DNA of 64,000 nt, taken from positions 288,001-352,000 of the forward strand of contig JBDRCX010000006.1 of NCBI GenBank assembly GCA_043821365.1, written 5' to 3'. Source of the DNA: Candidatus Micrarchaeota archaeon. Its GTDB lineage: Archaea > Micrarchaeota > Micrarchaeia > Anstonellales > Bilamarchaeaceae. Below are positions 19,567 through 29,673 of this stretch, piece after piece. How positions within the stretch are numbered: the first letter of the stretch is position 1; the number at the start of each line of letters is the position of its first letter. The notes under the pieces were generated by a model. That model saw nothing but the letters and a program-made list of their open reading frames with translations. It was not told where the DNA came from and searched no databases. Position numbers and translations under genes: made by a program.

Positions 19567-21399
19567 CTACAATCCGTATCTACTTGGAGAATAATACTCC
19601 ATATCGTCTTTTTCCAGAACAACAATTTCCTTTGGTCCTTTGTATTCTGCATTTTTCAATTTTTCAATTTCATCTGCAATTTGTTCTGGCAAAAACGGTC
19701 TTCCGTTGAATTTTAAAAGATGGAAATCCATTTCAACAGAAGCAGTTTCCCTTAACACTCCTGCAAATTGCGCAGTTGAATTATTTTCTATCATTATTGT
19801 TACTTTTGCCCCTCTCACTGCTTTTTTCACTGTTTTCTCGTCAAGAGGGTAAAGATGAGTAAAATGAACAAATTTTGCTTTTATTCCTTTTTTCTCCAAT
19901 AATGGAAGAGCATCAATTACTGATAGTTTCTGTGATCCCCACCCAAGCAAAACAACATCTGCATCTTTTGCTGTTGAACCATATGTTTCTGGTTGATCGA
20001 GTTCTTTCATTAATGATGTGAGTTTTTTTGCTCTTTTTTGTACCTGCATTGTCCTCATACTAAAACTTTCTGAACTAAATCCATGCTCATCATGTTCGTA
20101 TGATGATGCAACATGATTTCCATTCGGTGTTCCTGGAAAAACTCTTTCAGATACTCCATCATCAGTGAATGCATATCGTTTCCATCTTGTCATTGGAGGC
20201 AATGTCGGAAGTTCTTTTACGATTTTCCCTCGTTCTATTTTCACTTTTTTATGTTTGAATTCTTCAGTTGAAAATACACTTTCCCCAAGATGTTTATCAG
20301 TTAGTATGATTACTGGAATTTGGTATTTTTCAGCAAGATTAGCTGCCTTTGCAGTAAGTTCAAAACATTCAGTTACATCTCCTGGTGCCAAAACAACTCG
20401 TAAAAATTCGCCTTGTGATGCATGGAGTGCAAATCTCAAATCTCCTTGTTCTGTCCATGTTGGCATACCTGTGCTTGGTCCAACCCGCTGTGCAATAGCA
20501 ACAACAACCGGTGTTTCGCTAATTGCAGCAAGGCCAAGTGCTTCTGTCATAAGAGCAAATCCACCGCCTGATGTTCCTACCATTGCACGTGCTCCTGCAA
20601 ATGCAGCTCCAATTGCATAATTCATTGCTGCAATTTCATCTTCTGTTTGCTTTACAACCAAGCCAAATGTTTGTTCGTTCTCAATCATATAATGGAGTAT
20701 TGTCGAAGCTGGAGTCATGGGGTATGCTGAATAGAATTTCACACCGCCTTGTATTGCTCCAAGTGTTACTGCTTCATTACCGGTTATTACTAATTTTCTC
20801 TTATGTGAAATTGGCTTTATGTTCTTGCCATTTATGTTGTTGTTTTTTACAAAATCATAGCCAACTTTTGCTGCATTAATATTTGCCTTTACGATTTCTG
20901 GACCTTTCCTTCCAAATTCATCCTGCATAATTTCGGTTAACATATCAAATGGATAATCAACAACTGCCAGCGCTGCCCCGAGTGCAACTGTGTTTTTCAT
21001 TTGTTCTGTTCCGCCAGCATCTTGTGTTAATTTTGAAAGTGGCACTGGGTGCATCTTCACATCTGGCCGAATCTTGAATTTGCTAATATCTATAAGCTGA
21101 TCATAAATGATCATCCCACCATTTGCTACTGTTCCCATGTGGTAAAAAACAGCGTCTTTGTTGAGTGCAATTACTAAGTCTTGTTCTTGGACTGGTGAGT
21201 TTATTTCCTTATCACTGATACGTATTTGGACCGTGTTATGCCCTCCTCTTATCAATGATGGATATTCTGGATATCCAACTGCATTGTATCCTCCTCTTGT
21301 AAAGCATTTGATCATGAGTCTTCCGGTTGTCATTACTCCGGCCCCGGCGCGGCCAGCAATCTTACATGTAAATTCCATATTATCATTCCTACTAGTCAT
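19567..21399 (-). CDS. korA: 2-oxoacid:ferredoxin oxidoreductase alpha (gamma-alpha fusion) subunit
   Basis: GRAGAGV, YPSLIRGG, YPMTPAS, EDEIAA, TSGGG, GPSTGMPT. Confidence 0.95.
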   Translation of the reverse strand: MTSRNDNMEFTCKIAGRAGAGVMTTGRLMIKCFTRGGYNAVGYPEYPSLIRGGHNTVQIRISDKEINSPVQEQDLVIALNKDAVFYHMGTVANGGMIIYDQLIDISKFKIRPDVKMHPVPLSKLTQDAGGTEQMKNTVALGAALAVVDYPFDMLTEIMQDEFGRKGPEIVKANINAAKVGYDFVKNNNINGKNIKPISHKRKLVITGNEAVTLGAIQGGVKFYSAYPMTPASTILHYMIENEQTFGLVVKQTEDEIAAMNYAIGAAFAGARAMVGTSGGGFALMTEALGLAAISETPVVVAIAQRVGPSTGMPTWTEQGDLRFALHASQGEFLRVVLAPGDVTECFELTAKAANLAEKYQIPVIILTDKHLGESVFSTEEFKHKKVKIERGKIVKELPTLPPMTRWKRYAFTDDGVSERVFPGTPNGNHVASSYEHDEHGFSSESFSMRTMQVQKRAKKLTSLMKELDQPETYGSTAKDADVVLLGWGSQKLSVIDALPLLEKKGIKAKFVHFTHLYPLDEKTVKKAVRGAKVTIMIENNSTAQFAGVLRETASVEMDFHLLKFNGRPFLPEQIADEIEKLKNAEYKGPKEIVVLEKDDMEYYSPSRYGL

Positions 21400-21525
21400 G
21401 GTACGGACTTTATCGATTGAGTTCGTAGCTAATTTAAAAGTATCTAATAGCTAATCGACAGCTGTCGTGCTATAAAATATGCTATTAATTACGTCTTTTT
21501 ATATCTTTTGCAACATAATAAAACC

Positions 21526-22704
21526 ATGACAAATCCTACTGTTCATAGAATTCAGTTTGGTAAAATTGTTCTTCCAGGTCCTTCAACTTGCTGTGGCGAT
21601 ACTGGCCATGTGATGGGTTTTGGGAAAAAACCAGCTGGCGCAAGAAAATTTTTGTCTTTGGTTGGTGGTCAAGAAGATCCTGTTTTTAGACAATTAAAGG
21701 AAGGGATGGGGATTTTAAGATCAAATCGTCTTCCAGCCAATACTTTGTATTCTGAGAATGATCCTGCAGTTGTTGCTTTTACAAGTGCACTTGCACATGG
21801 AACTGTTCAAGGGGATTTGTATGCTTTAATTGAACGCCTTATCGATACTCGCCCAGATCTAATGATTGATACTCCATCCGGACAAAGAATTGTTGATCTA
21901 GAGTTTGAAGTACAACATCCAAGACCATTTGAATCAGGGTATCACTTTCGTCTTGATAGTGAGTTTCATGTTCCTGATATATTACCAACTGCGGCCGTAT
22001 TGCTAAATCAATCAGAAAGAAGGTTTGGAGAGTTGGGTTCAGGTGCTGAATTGATTATGCAAGCACATATTACCGAACCATATATTCTTGCAGTTTCTGT
22101 TCTTCGTCATTTTGGCTATGATGCATACCCAGCTCAGGCAGTTGTTCCAAATAATGCAAACACAGTTCGTTTTCATCCAATAATTACTGTTATTGATCAG
22201 GACAAAGAATACCCACTTACAACGTTTGATCTTTTGCGTATTCATCCACCAATGGGCTCAATTGATATTATCAGTGATGTTGCTATGGTAGGTGCAACGT
22301 ATGCTGCATTAGCCGAAGCAAGAGTTAGGCATTTAACTGTTGAAATGCTTCGTCAGCATAAAGAAGGAAGAGAACTTTCAATGGATGAACTAACAAATCA
22401 ATTACGAAGAATTGCAGATGTACTTTTTGAAGCACATAAAAGATGGCCGGGGTGTCATTACATTAGCAATGCTTTGGTTTATGCATTTGAAGATTTTTCA
22501 AATACATTATTTACGATTAATCATGCAAATTTACAAGCTGAACTAGTCAAAACCCAACAATCCGGCAAGAGTCTTGGTTTTGATTTACAAGCTACAGTTG
22601 GGAAGTTCGCAGTAGAAGCAAGAATCACTGCTGAAAGATTTGCTAATTTTGTAAGATCCGTACTTGCACAAAAAATAGATCAATATGAAGCAACCAGTAA
22701 ATAA
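21526..22704 (+). CDS. Hypothetical protein
   Basis: Long ORF of about 390 aa; no family recognised. Confidence 0.65.
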   Translation: MTNPTVHRIQFGKIVLPGPSTCCGDTGHVMGFGKKPAGARKFLSLVGGQEDPVFRQLKEGMGILRSNRLPANTLYSENDPAVVAFTSALAHGTVQGDLYALIERLIDTRPDLMIDTPSGQRIVDLEFEVQHPRPFESGYHFRLDSEFHVPDILPTAAVLLNQSERRFGELGSGAELIMQAHITEPYILAVSVLRHFGYDAYPAQAVVPNNANTVRFHPIITVIDQDKEYPLTTFDLLRIHPPMGSIDIISDVAMVGATYAALAEARVRHLTVEMLRQHKEGRELSMDELTNQLRRIADVLFEAHKRWPGCHYISNALVYAFEDFSNTLFTINHANLQAELVKTQQSGKSLGFDLQATVGKFAVEARITAERFANFVRSVLAQKIDQYEATSK

Positions 22705-22708
22705 AATT

Positions 22709-22806
22709 CGGGCCCGACGGGATTTGAACCCGTATCCCGAGGTATCTCCTACAATTAGGAGGGGCATTCGAAGCCTCGTCGGTTATCCAGGTTGCCAAAC
22801 GGGCCC
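22709..22806 (-). tRNA. tRNA-Arg(TCG) with 24-nt canonical 37/38 intron
   Basis: GGGCCCG/CGGGCCC acceptor, CGAGG-CTTCGA|A-CCTCG anticodon arm, A20, T-arm ACGGG-TTCAAAT-CCCGT; intron 22744-22767 forms a BHB (CTTC/GGAG). Confidence 0.9.
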
Positions 22807-23532
22807 TTTTTCTATCTTTATTTCTTTCCGTAGTATTGATAATCGTTCTGCATAAGTTGTATTTGGTGGGCAATGACCATATCTCATCCAAATGTCATAT
22901 CTACTAGATTTCACATGATTATTCATACCTATCATGTTCATCCATTTAATTGCTCTACCCCCAGTTATCCAAATTCTATATGCATTTGACCATTTTGAAT
23001 TTTGAGGGTATACAATATCGCTACAATGTCTAATCTCTAGACTATTAAGAATATCTTTTGTTTCATCAAAAAGAGATTTGGACGTAGTGGTCAAATTTAT
23101 CACTGGATAATAATGGCATGTTCTTTTGAATTCACGGTATTTTCCAGTACTTCGTTTGAACGAAAGTGATCCATCGGTATCAACTAAACCCCTTAAAAAA
23201 GCACATTTGATTTGCAAGCTTTGGGTCTTCATTATAAATTTGGGAATTGAAACAATGTAGCTTTTTCTACCATAAGGAAATCCTAGTGAATGCATTTTTT
23301 CTATTATTTTCTTCTCTCTAATAACGAATCCATATGTGCTTCGTTTAGGAAAAATTCTTCCATTGATTACAGTTCGAAAAACTTTACTAAATAGCGGAAT
23401 TACTATATTTCTATAGTAAATCTCTTCTTCTAATGAACCACTCACATCCAGCTCCCTATTATGGTTCTTATTTCTCAAATGGCCATCTCCAGCATGGATT
23501 CCACATATCTCTGCAAGTTCTATATCCCCCAT
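22783..23532 (-). CDS. LAGLIDADG homing endonuclease 1 (overlaps the tRNA-Arg 5' end)
   Basis: LAEICGIHAGDGH and FLRGLVDTDGS motifs; the stop codon lies in the tRNA D-loop. Confidence 0.9.
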   Translation of the reverse strand: MGDIELAEICGIHAGDGHLRNKNHNRELDVSGSLEEEIYYRNIVIPLFSKVFRTVINGRIFPKRSTYGFVIREKKIIEKMHSLGFPYGRKSYIVSIPKFIMKTQSLQIKCAFLRGLVDTDGSLSFKRSTGKYREFKRTCHYYPVINLTTTSKSLFDETKDILNSLEIRHCSDIVYPQNSKWSNAYRIWITGGRAIKWMNMIGMNNHVKSSRYDIWMRYGHCPPNTTYAERLSILRKEIKIEKGPVWQPG

Positions 23533-23693
23533 ATCTGATACACAAATCCATAACTTATCTATTTTTCGGGGGACACATCATTTCCTAGATGGTTTAGACC
23601 ACGGACCCTTGAGTTGATTGGCTGTGTAATGTTCTTAATTTAATCATCCTTGTGGTAGAGTGGTTAAAAATGTTTTTATATACTGATTGTATT

Positions 23694-24395
23694 ATGCGTT
23701 TTAGAGACATTACTGCCACTGGAAAACATAGGTCATGGCTACCTGAATGGGGCAAACCCTATTCCCCTGGTTTCAAACATGCTGAAGTTCGTCCACTTTT
23801 AGAGGAAATGGACAGAAAAGGAATGCTTGGTAGAATGTTCTTAGATTGTGGTAGTGGCAGCAAAAAATCTGATTTTTATCCTGTAAATGGTAAGCGTGTA
23901 ATTCGTGTGGATGTTGGTATGCCTTATGGGTATTCAAGAGATGGTAATGTTCTTGAACTTAGGGTAGATGTCGAAACACTAACATTGGCCACACTGGTTG
24001 ATCTTTACCGTAGTCTTCCTAAGGAATGCCACTTTGCCGGTTCAGCTATTAATATTGTGCCAGATACTCTCATAGTGGTTGATCTCCTTAACTATGTTAA
24101 TTTCAGAGATGTCATACCACGACTTATGGATATGCTTCGTTATGGTGGTAGGGCAGTTATCAGTAACTTTGCTGGCATGGGAATTACAGAATTACTTTCA
24201 CAGGATGGAGTGAAAAACAATTTACAATTTTTAGAATTCTTATCTGAGTGTAAATTCAGACTCGAACATCTTACTTTTCCGCCTTTATTTCCACCGTCGT
24301 GGGTTCCACGTTCTGAACCACCTGCTCCATATCCGTCAATAGCTACTACTCTGAGAGATAATGGGAGCATGATATTGGTTCTGGTGAAAGATTAG
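23694..24395 (+). CDS. Methyltransferase-like orphan protein
   Basis: FLDCGSG motif I, IRVDV, LLNYV; ATG at 23694 preferred over GTG 23652. Confidence 0.6.
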   Translation: MRFRDITATGKHRSWLPEWGKPYSPGFKHAEVRPLLEEMDRKGMLGRMFLDCGSGSKKSDFYPVNGKRVIRVDVGMPYGYSRDGNVLELRVDVETLTLATLVDLYRSLPKECHFAGSAINIVPDTLIVVDLLNYVNFRDVIPRLMDMLRYGGRAVISNFAGMGITELLSQDGVKNNLQFLEFLSECKFRLEHLTFPPLFPPSWVPRSEPPAPYPSIATTLRDNGSMILVLVKD

Positions 24396-25301
24396 CTATT
24401 TTGTTAAAACTTCGCAACCATCTTTTGTTACCAAAATTGTGTGCTCTGCTTGTGAAACCAGCCCTCTACTAACTTCTCTTAAAACAGGATAGCCTCGTAT
24501 GAATTGGTTTTGCAACAATTCTTTCAGCGCAGCACTCACAAGCAATTTTGATGGGAATTCCTTTCTCACCCATCGTTCAGCAAACGGAAGCATTCCGTAA
24601 TTTTTTATTACATAATCAACTATCTTTCTTGACTGCCTCATTCTTACATTTGCTGGGGAATAAAGAGAAAATATTTCTACCTGTTCCAAATCTTCAACAT
24701 ATCCACTCCCAGTTGTTGCAAAAGGTTCAACAGCAAAAATATCTCCTTCTTTGAGTTTGTAAATATCTTTTGTTCTTATGTTTGGTATCTCAACACCAGC
24801 ATGCAATTGGTTTGATTTTATCATATGTCCTGAAAGATTTGAGATTGGTTTGAAACCGTACTTGTTTATTGTTTCTTCTATCAAACCCCCAATTTCACCA
24901 ACTCCTACGTCTGGTTTAATTGCGTCTATTGCATTCTGAAGAGCTTCTTCTGATGCTTTAACAAGAGTTTCATTTTTTCCACTCATATCAATTGTGTAAG
25001 CAGTATCTGAAAGCGCACCATCGATTTCTATTCCAAGGTCTATCTTTACTAGGGCATCATCCTCCATCAAACGTTCTGAATCAAATTCTGGAGTGTAATG
25101 TGCTGCTATTTCATTAATTGAAATATTTACCGGAAATGCTGGTTTTCCTCCTTCATCCTTTATGCTTTGCTCTATCATATCAGCAATGTCCAATAATGAT
25201 TCCCCTACCATTATCAAACGTTTACTTTCTTCACGTATTTTTGCTGCTATTTTTCCCGCAGTTCTAAATTTTTCTAATTCATCATCAGACATGAGTATCA
25301 C
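24396..25301 (-). CDS. map: Methionine aminopeptidase type II
   Basis: AFPVNISINEIAAHYTP, KIDLG, DTAYT, LSGH, AVEPF, QAEHT. Confidence 0.96.
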   Translation of the reverse strand: MILMSDDELEKFRTAGKIAAKIREESKRLIMVGESLLDIADMIEQSIKDEGGKPAFPVNISINEIAAHYTPEFDSERLMEDDALVKIDLGIEIDGALSDTAYTIDMSGKNETLVKASEEALQNAIDAIKPDVGVGEIGGLIEETINKYGFKPISNLSGHMIKSNQLHAGVEIPNIRTKDIYKLKEGDIFAVEPFATTGSGYVEDLEQVEIFSLYSPANVRMRQSRKIVDYVIKNYGMLPFAERWVRKEFPSKLLVSAALKELLQNQFIRGYPVLREVSRGLVSQAEHTILVTKDGCEVLTK

Positions 25302-25392
25302 GTTTAATATGCTGTTTTCAGTTTAAAAAATGCGTCTATATTGATGAATTTATGTGACACATGTTTAAATATAAAAATCAAGCGTTTATCTC

Positions 25393-25662
25393 ATGGAACT
25401 TTGTTTTCGTCAACGTGGTTCTACAGAGCGAAGTACGAAACGCCCAGTTCCAATCATAAAAGCAATAAAAAGGATTCCAGTTCCGGATTTTGATCCAAAT
25501 TGGGTACCTCCTGGAGCACTTGAAAAACTTAGAAAAGAACAGCAGCCTCCAAAAGAGGATCGTCCGCGATTGGAATTACCACTTTATGATGAACCACCAC
25601 CAGGATGGCAACCAAGAAATGAAACACCAAAAGAAGAGCGTGGTGTTGTTATTCAAATCTAA
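25393..25662 (+). CDS. Pro-rich small hypothetical protein
   Basis: 89-aa ORF filling an intergenic gap, with TTTAAATA upstream. Confidence 0.55.
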   Translation: MELCFRQRGSTERSTKRPVPIIKAIKRIPVPDFDPNWVPPGALEKLRKEQQPPKEDRPRLELPLYDEPPPGWQPRNETPKEERGVVIQI

Positions 25663-25663
25663 T

Positions 25664-26521
25664 CTATCTCATTACAAGTCGTCTTTTTACTTCATACAAT
25701 TTTCCTAAGTCAGGAACATCAAATCTTGGCGGTCTAAATGGTTTGACTGACCCTATCTCTCTAATCCATGGTACTTTGTCAGGAGGATCAATTATCCTGA
25801 TCTCTCGTGGTCCTGTTGTTACAAATCTTCCCTCTTCATCTCTTTGTACATTTGGTATACTTATTTTCCCTCGCACAAGGCGTCGGTCTATTACTTTTCT
25901 TGCCTTTCTCCATTCATGCGATTCAAGAATACTATAATCAAGCAATAAAAGTACATCTACAGTTGCACATCTCATTACTGTTCTCAAAAATCTTCCTGCT
26001 GCTTCTAATGTGGCACCAGTCATCACATCATTTTCCAAAAGCAAAATTCGTTTACCTTCAAGCGATTCTGTTATGTGTTCAATTGGTGCCACCTTTCTCA
26101 ATGTATCAGAGTTCATTCTTTTTGTTAGTATATTTGTAACATCCCATCCGACCAAATCAAAAATATAACTAAGCCAAAGTCCTTTGACTGCATTTCCAAC
26201 AGCACAATCATATCTTTCACGCAATTCATGCGCAGCTGTCCATGTTGCTTCAATATTACCTACTTGCGATGCATATGGATATTGAAATGTTCCAATCCTA
26301 TTGTGTGCATCTCTAAGAATTCCTATTTCTTCATCTGTGATAGCTCGTCTATCGATTGCAGTTGTAACTATCTCAACTAACTTTGTTTGTACTCCTTCGA
26401 GATATTCTCTAAATTTTCTCTCGAATTGTACCATCAAATCTGTTAATCCACGTTGTGCCAGTCCTTCCTGAGTGTAATATGCTTCTCGTGGCATCTCTGA
26501 TGGTGTTCCTTTTGTGCCCAT
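25664..26521 (-). CDS. Phosphoribosyltransferase-like domain protein
   Basis: ILLLENDVMTGATL resembles the PRPP-binding loop; start set at MGTKG. Confidence 0.55.
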   Translation of the reverse strand: MGTKGTPSEMPREAYYTQEGLAQRGLTDLMVQFERKFREYLEGVQTKLVEIVTTAIDRRAITDEEIGILRDAHNRIGTFQYPYASQVGNIEATWTAAHELRERYDCAVGNAVKGLWLSYIFDLVGWDVTNILTKRMNSDTLRKVAPIEHITESLEGKRILLLENDVMTGATLEAAGRFLRTVMRCATVDVLLLLDYSILESHEWRKARKVIDRRLVRGKISIPNVQRDEEGRFVTTGPREIRIIDPPDKVPWIREIGSVKPFRPPRFDVPDLGKLYEVKRRLVMR

Positions 26522-26592
26522 ATTTATATACGTATTACCATATCTTTTTATTGCTATCCTTATCCTCATTAATACTTCTTCACATAATTAGT

Positions 26593-29148
26593 ATGATGCC
26601 AAGCGTAGCAGAATTAATCCGAGAAAGGTTTGGCGAGCTTACCCCCATTCAAAAAATTGCCATGCCCAATGTTCTTGCTGGAAAAAATGTCCTTATTTTA
26701 GCTCCAACTGGTTCTGGGAAAACTGAAAGTGCACTTTTGCCCATCCTAGAAAAGATCAAACTCAACAAAGACAAGACACCTGGTATTAGGGCACTGTACA
26801 TAACTCCACTCCGTGCACTTTCACGTGATCTTAAACAAAGGTTCAACTGGTGGTGTGACAGATTAGATATTTCACATGACATCAGAACTGGCGATACAAC
26901 AATGGCAGAAAGGGCAAAACATAGACGCAATCCCCCCCAAATCCTTCTTACAACTGTGGAATCATTACAGGCACTTTTGCTCGGACGAATAATGCGCAGA
27001 CATCTTTCAACAATTGAATTTGTTATTGTTGATGAGATTCATGATATTTTAGACAATAAACGAGGTGCACAACTTTCGCTTGGTCTTGAACGTCTTAACG
27101 AAATTGCCAAATTCCAAAGACTTGGTATAAGTGCAACAGTTGCAAATGAGTCAGAAGCAGGAAAACTTCTTTTTGGTGATCGTGAATTTCAACTTTGTGA
27201 AAGTGGTAAAAATCGGAAAATGGATTTTAGTGTAGAATCACTTTCAAATGAAAAACGTTTAGAAAGAATAAAAAAATTATCAGAACAAAACCGGTCATTG
27301 GTTTTTGTAAATACGCGAAGTACAGCAGAAGAGATCGGTGCGTCATTGAAAAAAATGAAAGCATCAATAGGGGTTCATCATGGTTCCCTTGCAAAAGAAG
27401 TTAGATTAACTACAGAAGATGATTTCAAAAGCAGCAAGATCAATTCTATCCTATGCACATCTTCTCTTGAATTAGGAATTGATGTTGGGGATGTTTCATT
27501 AGTTTTGCAATATGGTTCTCCTCACCAAGTTTTTCGTTTAATACAAAGAGTTGGAAGATCTGGCCACAGTCTTGAGAAAACACCCAAAGGAATTATTTTC
27601 AGTTCAGATTTTGATGATAATCTTGAAAGTGAAGTAATAACAGTACTTGCAAAAAACGGGTGGATGGAAGATAAAAAAGTCGAGAGGGGTGCATTAGATG
27701 TCATTGCACACCAGATTATTGGAGTGTGTATTGATTTCGGAAGAATAGAACTTTCAAAAATACACCAAATACTTTCACGATCATATGCATATGGTATTGA
27801 TTTCAATAAACTAAGGATGGTTGCGCTTCAGCTTTTTTCTGAAGGACTAATATATTATGATGAAACTCCTAAGGATGTTCTAGTCAAAACAACCAGAAGA
27901 GCAATAATCTACTATTCCACATTTATCAGTACTATACCAAAAACTAAAAAATTTCTTCTTCGTGATATATCTGCCAACCGATTTATTTCAAGTTTAGATG
28001 AAGAATTTGTTGTTAATCTAGAGGCAGGATCAAGTTTTCTTTCCCATGGTCTTCCATGGCACGTGATAGATATTACAGAAAAAGAAGTGCTTGCAGAACC
28101 AACATCTGGTTTGGACATAATGATACCTTCTTGGACTGGGGAAGATATCCCTGTTTCTTTTGATGTTGCACAAGAAGTTGGAAAGATGCGTTCAGTTAAA
28201 GCGATTTCTCCCCTTCCTGATCATAAGATCATCGTCATAGAGCTAGTTGAAGACTTGATTGTTGTTCATGCTTGTTTTGGTACAAAAGTAAATGAAGCGA
28301 TTGCACGTGTGTTCTCAAAACAAATTTCCAGTTTAATTGGGGAAAGTGTGATCGCAGTTTCTGATCCATATAGAATTATGATAAAATTGCCATTTCCACT
28401 AAAAGAAGAAAATATACAAAGTGCTTTTGAAAATGTCAGGAATGTCAAGAACCAATTGTCTGATGCACTCGAACATTCTTCAATGTTAAAATTCAAATTC
28501 CTTCATGTTGCGAGGATGTTTGGTTTGCTTTCAGTTGAAGGAACCATGAATTCAAGATATATTCAGATGCTCCGACACTCAGTTGTTTATGAAGAAACAA
28601 TACGTTCTATTTTTTTCAGATATTTTGATGTTGAAAAAACTGAAGAAATTTTGAAAGATACTAGAAATGGAAAAATAAAATTAATTTACGATGTTAGAAA
28701 AAAACCAAGTTTCTTTGCACAAATAGGTCTTGAAAGAATGTCCGGGGCAGATTCTGTTGGTGCATTTGAACCTCGTGAAAGAATAGTTTCTGCATTTAAG
28801 GAGAATGTTCTCTCGAAAACAGTACGCTTAATCTGTCTTAATTGCAAAGCAACAAGATTTATGCATCTTGCTGGTGCACCTGAAAAAATTGTTTGCCATA
28901 AATGCAATCAACCTTCGTTGGCTATTGTAAATAAAGAGGGTGAGCCAAAACATGATGCGGAATTTTCTGCAGGCTTAATCCGTGCTTACGGAAAAAAAGC
29001 ACTTATTGCTCTTTCTACTTATGGTATTGGTCCACAAACAGCTGATCGTGTTCTAAGACGATTGCATAAAACAGAAGAAGCGTTTTATCTTGATCTGATT
29101 GAAGCACAAAAGAATTTTATTAAAAATAAAAAATATTGGAAATTGTAA
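26593..29148 (+). CDS. lhr: Lhr-family SF2 helicase
   Basis: LTPIQ, APTGSGKT, DEIH, HHGSL, SSLELGIDVG, QRVGRSGH, DVIAHQI; C-terminal Zn-ribbon; start near MMPSVAE. Confidence 0.92.
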   Translation: MMPSVAELIRERFGELTPIQKIAMPNVLAGKNVLILAPTGSGKTESALLPILEKIKLNKDKTPGIRALYITPLRALSRDLKQRFNWWCDRLDISHDIRTGDTTMAERAKHRRNPPQILLTTVESLQALLLGRIMRRHLSTIEFVIVDEIHDILDNKRGAQLSLGLERLNEIAKFQRLGISATVANESEAGKLLFGDREFQLCESGKNRKMDFSVESLSNEKRLERIKKLSEQNRSLVFVNTRSTAEEIGASLKKMKASIGVHHGSLAKEVRLTTEDDFKSSKINSILCTSSLELGIDVGDVSLVLQYGSPHQVFRLIQRVGRSGHSLEKTPKGIIFSSDFDDNLESEVITVLAKNGWMEDKKVERGALDVIAHQIIGVCIDFGRIELSKIHQILSRSYAYGIDFNKLRMVALQLFSEGLIYYDETPKDVLVKTTRRAIIYYSTFISTIPKTKKFLLRDISANRFISSLDEEFVVNLEAGSSFLSHGLPWHVIDITEKEVLAEPTSGLDIMIPSWTGEDIPVSFDVAQEVGKMRSVKAISPLPDHKIIVIELVEDLIVVHACFGTKVNEAIARVFSKQISSLIGESVIAVSDPYRIMIKLPFPLKEENIQSAFENVRNVKNQLSDALEHSSMLKFKFLHVARMFGLLSVEGTMNSRYIQMLRHSVVYEETIRSIFFRYFDVEKTEEILKDTRNGKIKLIYDVRKKPSFFAQIGLERMSGADSVGAFEPRERIVSAFKENVLSKTVRLICLNCKATRFMHLAGAPEKIVCHKCNQPSLAIVNKEGEPKHDAEFSAGLIRAYGKKALIALSTYGIGPQTADRVLRRLHKTEEAFYLDLIEAQKNFIKNKKYWKL

Positions 29149-29149
29149 T

Positions 29150-29572
29150 CTATTCTATTCTTGCTCGCATCAGAGGTTCTTTGGAATATAATAATGCTAA
29201 AACCAACACTGTTCCAATTATGGTTTCTATCCACATTCCTAATCCAGCCAACACCCCGATTGATGCAGTTACCCAAATTGCAGCAGCAGTTGTTATCCCA
29301 GATGGTTTTGCCATGCCCTCTTTCCAAATAACAGCAAGTCCAAGAAAACCAACACCAGCAACTATCTGGGCTATCACCCTTGTTGGGTCATAACTGTTGC
29401 TATATGGTAGAAACATATCTGCAACTGAAACTATTGTGAATACAGCAGAACCTAGTGAGATCAATGCAAATGTTCTCACTCCTGCTGGTTTGTGCTTTCT
29501 TGATAAACCTATTAACAGTCCTATGGCCACAGCAGCTACAAGTCTTATTACTGCTTCCAATTCACTTACCAT
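29150..29572 (-). CDS. MgtC/SapB family membrane protein
   Basis: GLLIGL, AGVRTF, DPTRVIAQIVAGVGFLG, GITTAAAIW. Confidence 0.9.
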   Translation of the reverse strand: MVSELEAVIRLVAAVAIGLLIGLSRKHKPAGVRTFALISLGSAVFTIVSVADMFLPYSNSYDPTRVIAQIVAGVGFLGLAVIWKEGMAKPSGITTAAAIWVTASIGVLAGLGMWIETIIGTVLVLALLYSKEPLMRARIE

Positions 29573-29673
29573 ACTCGATATTCTGTGACAGTGCTTTATA
29601 AACTTTCATCGAACCACGTTAGCCATGCCAAGAACGTCGAAACGTTCTTGAGTATCGTAACCGGAGGTTCTCA

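Noticed and set aside
22868-22900. GAGATATGGTCA on the minus strand resembles the group I intron S element
   Set aside because: It lies in the coding frame (MRYGH) of the endonuclease, and no matching P7/R element, P1 U-G pair or omega-G was identifiable.
23591-23608. The tRNA-like stub as exon 1 of tRNA-Arg with an endonuclease-encoding BHB intron
   Set aside because: Its D-stem strand cannot pair with ACCG, no BHB was found, and a complete 5' end already exists at 22806.
26455-26592. Long hydrophobic N-terminal extension of Lhr in the ORF track
   Set aside because: It overlaps the opposite-strand gene; the helicase Q-motif follows MMPSVAE directly.
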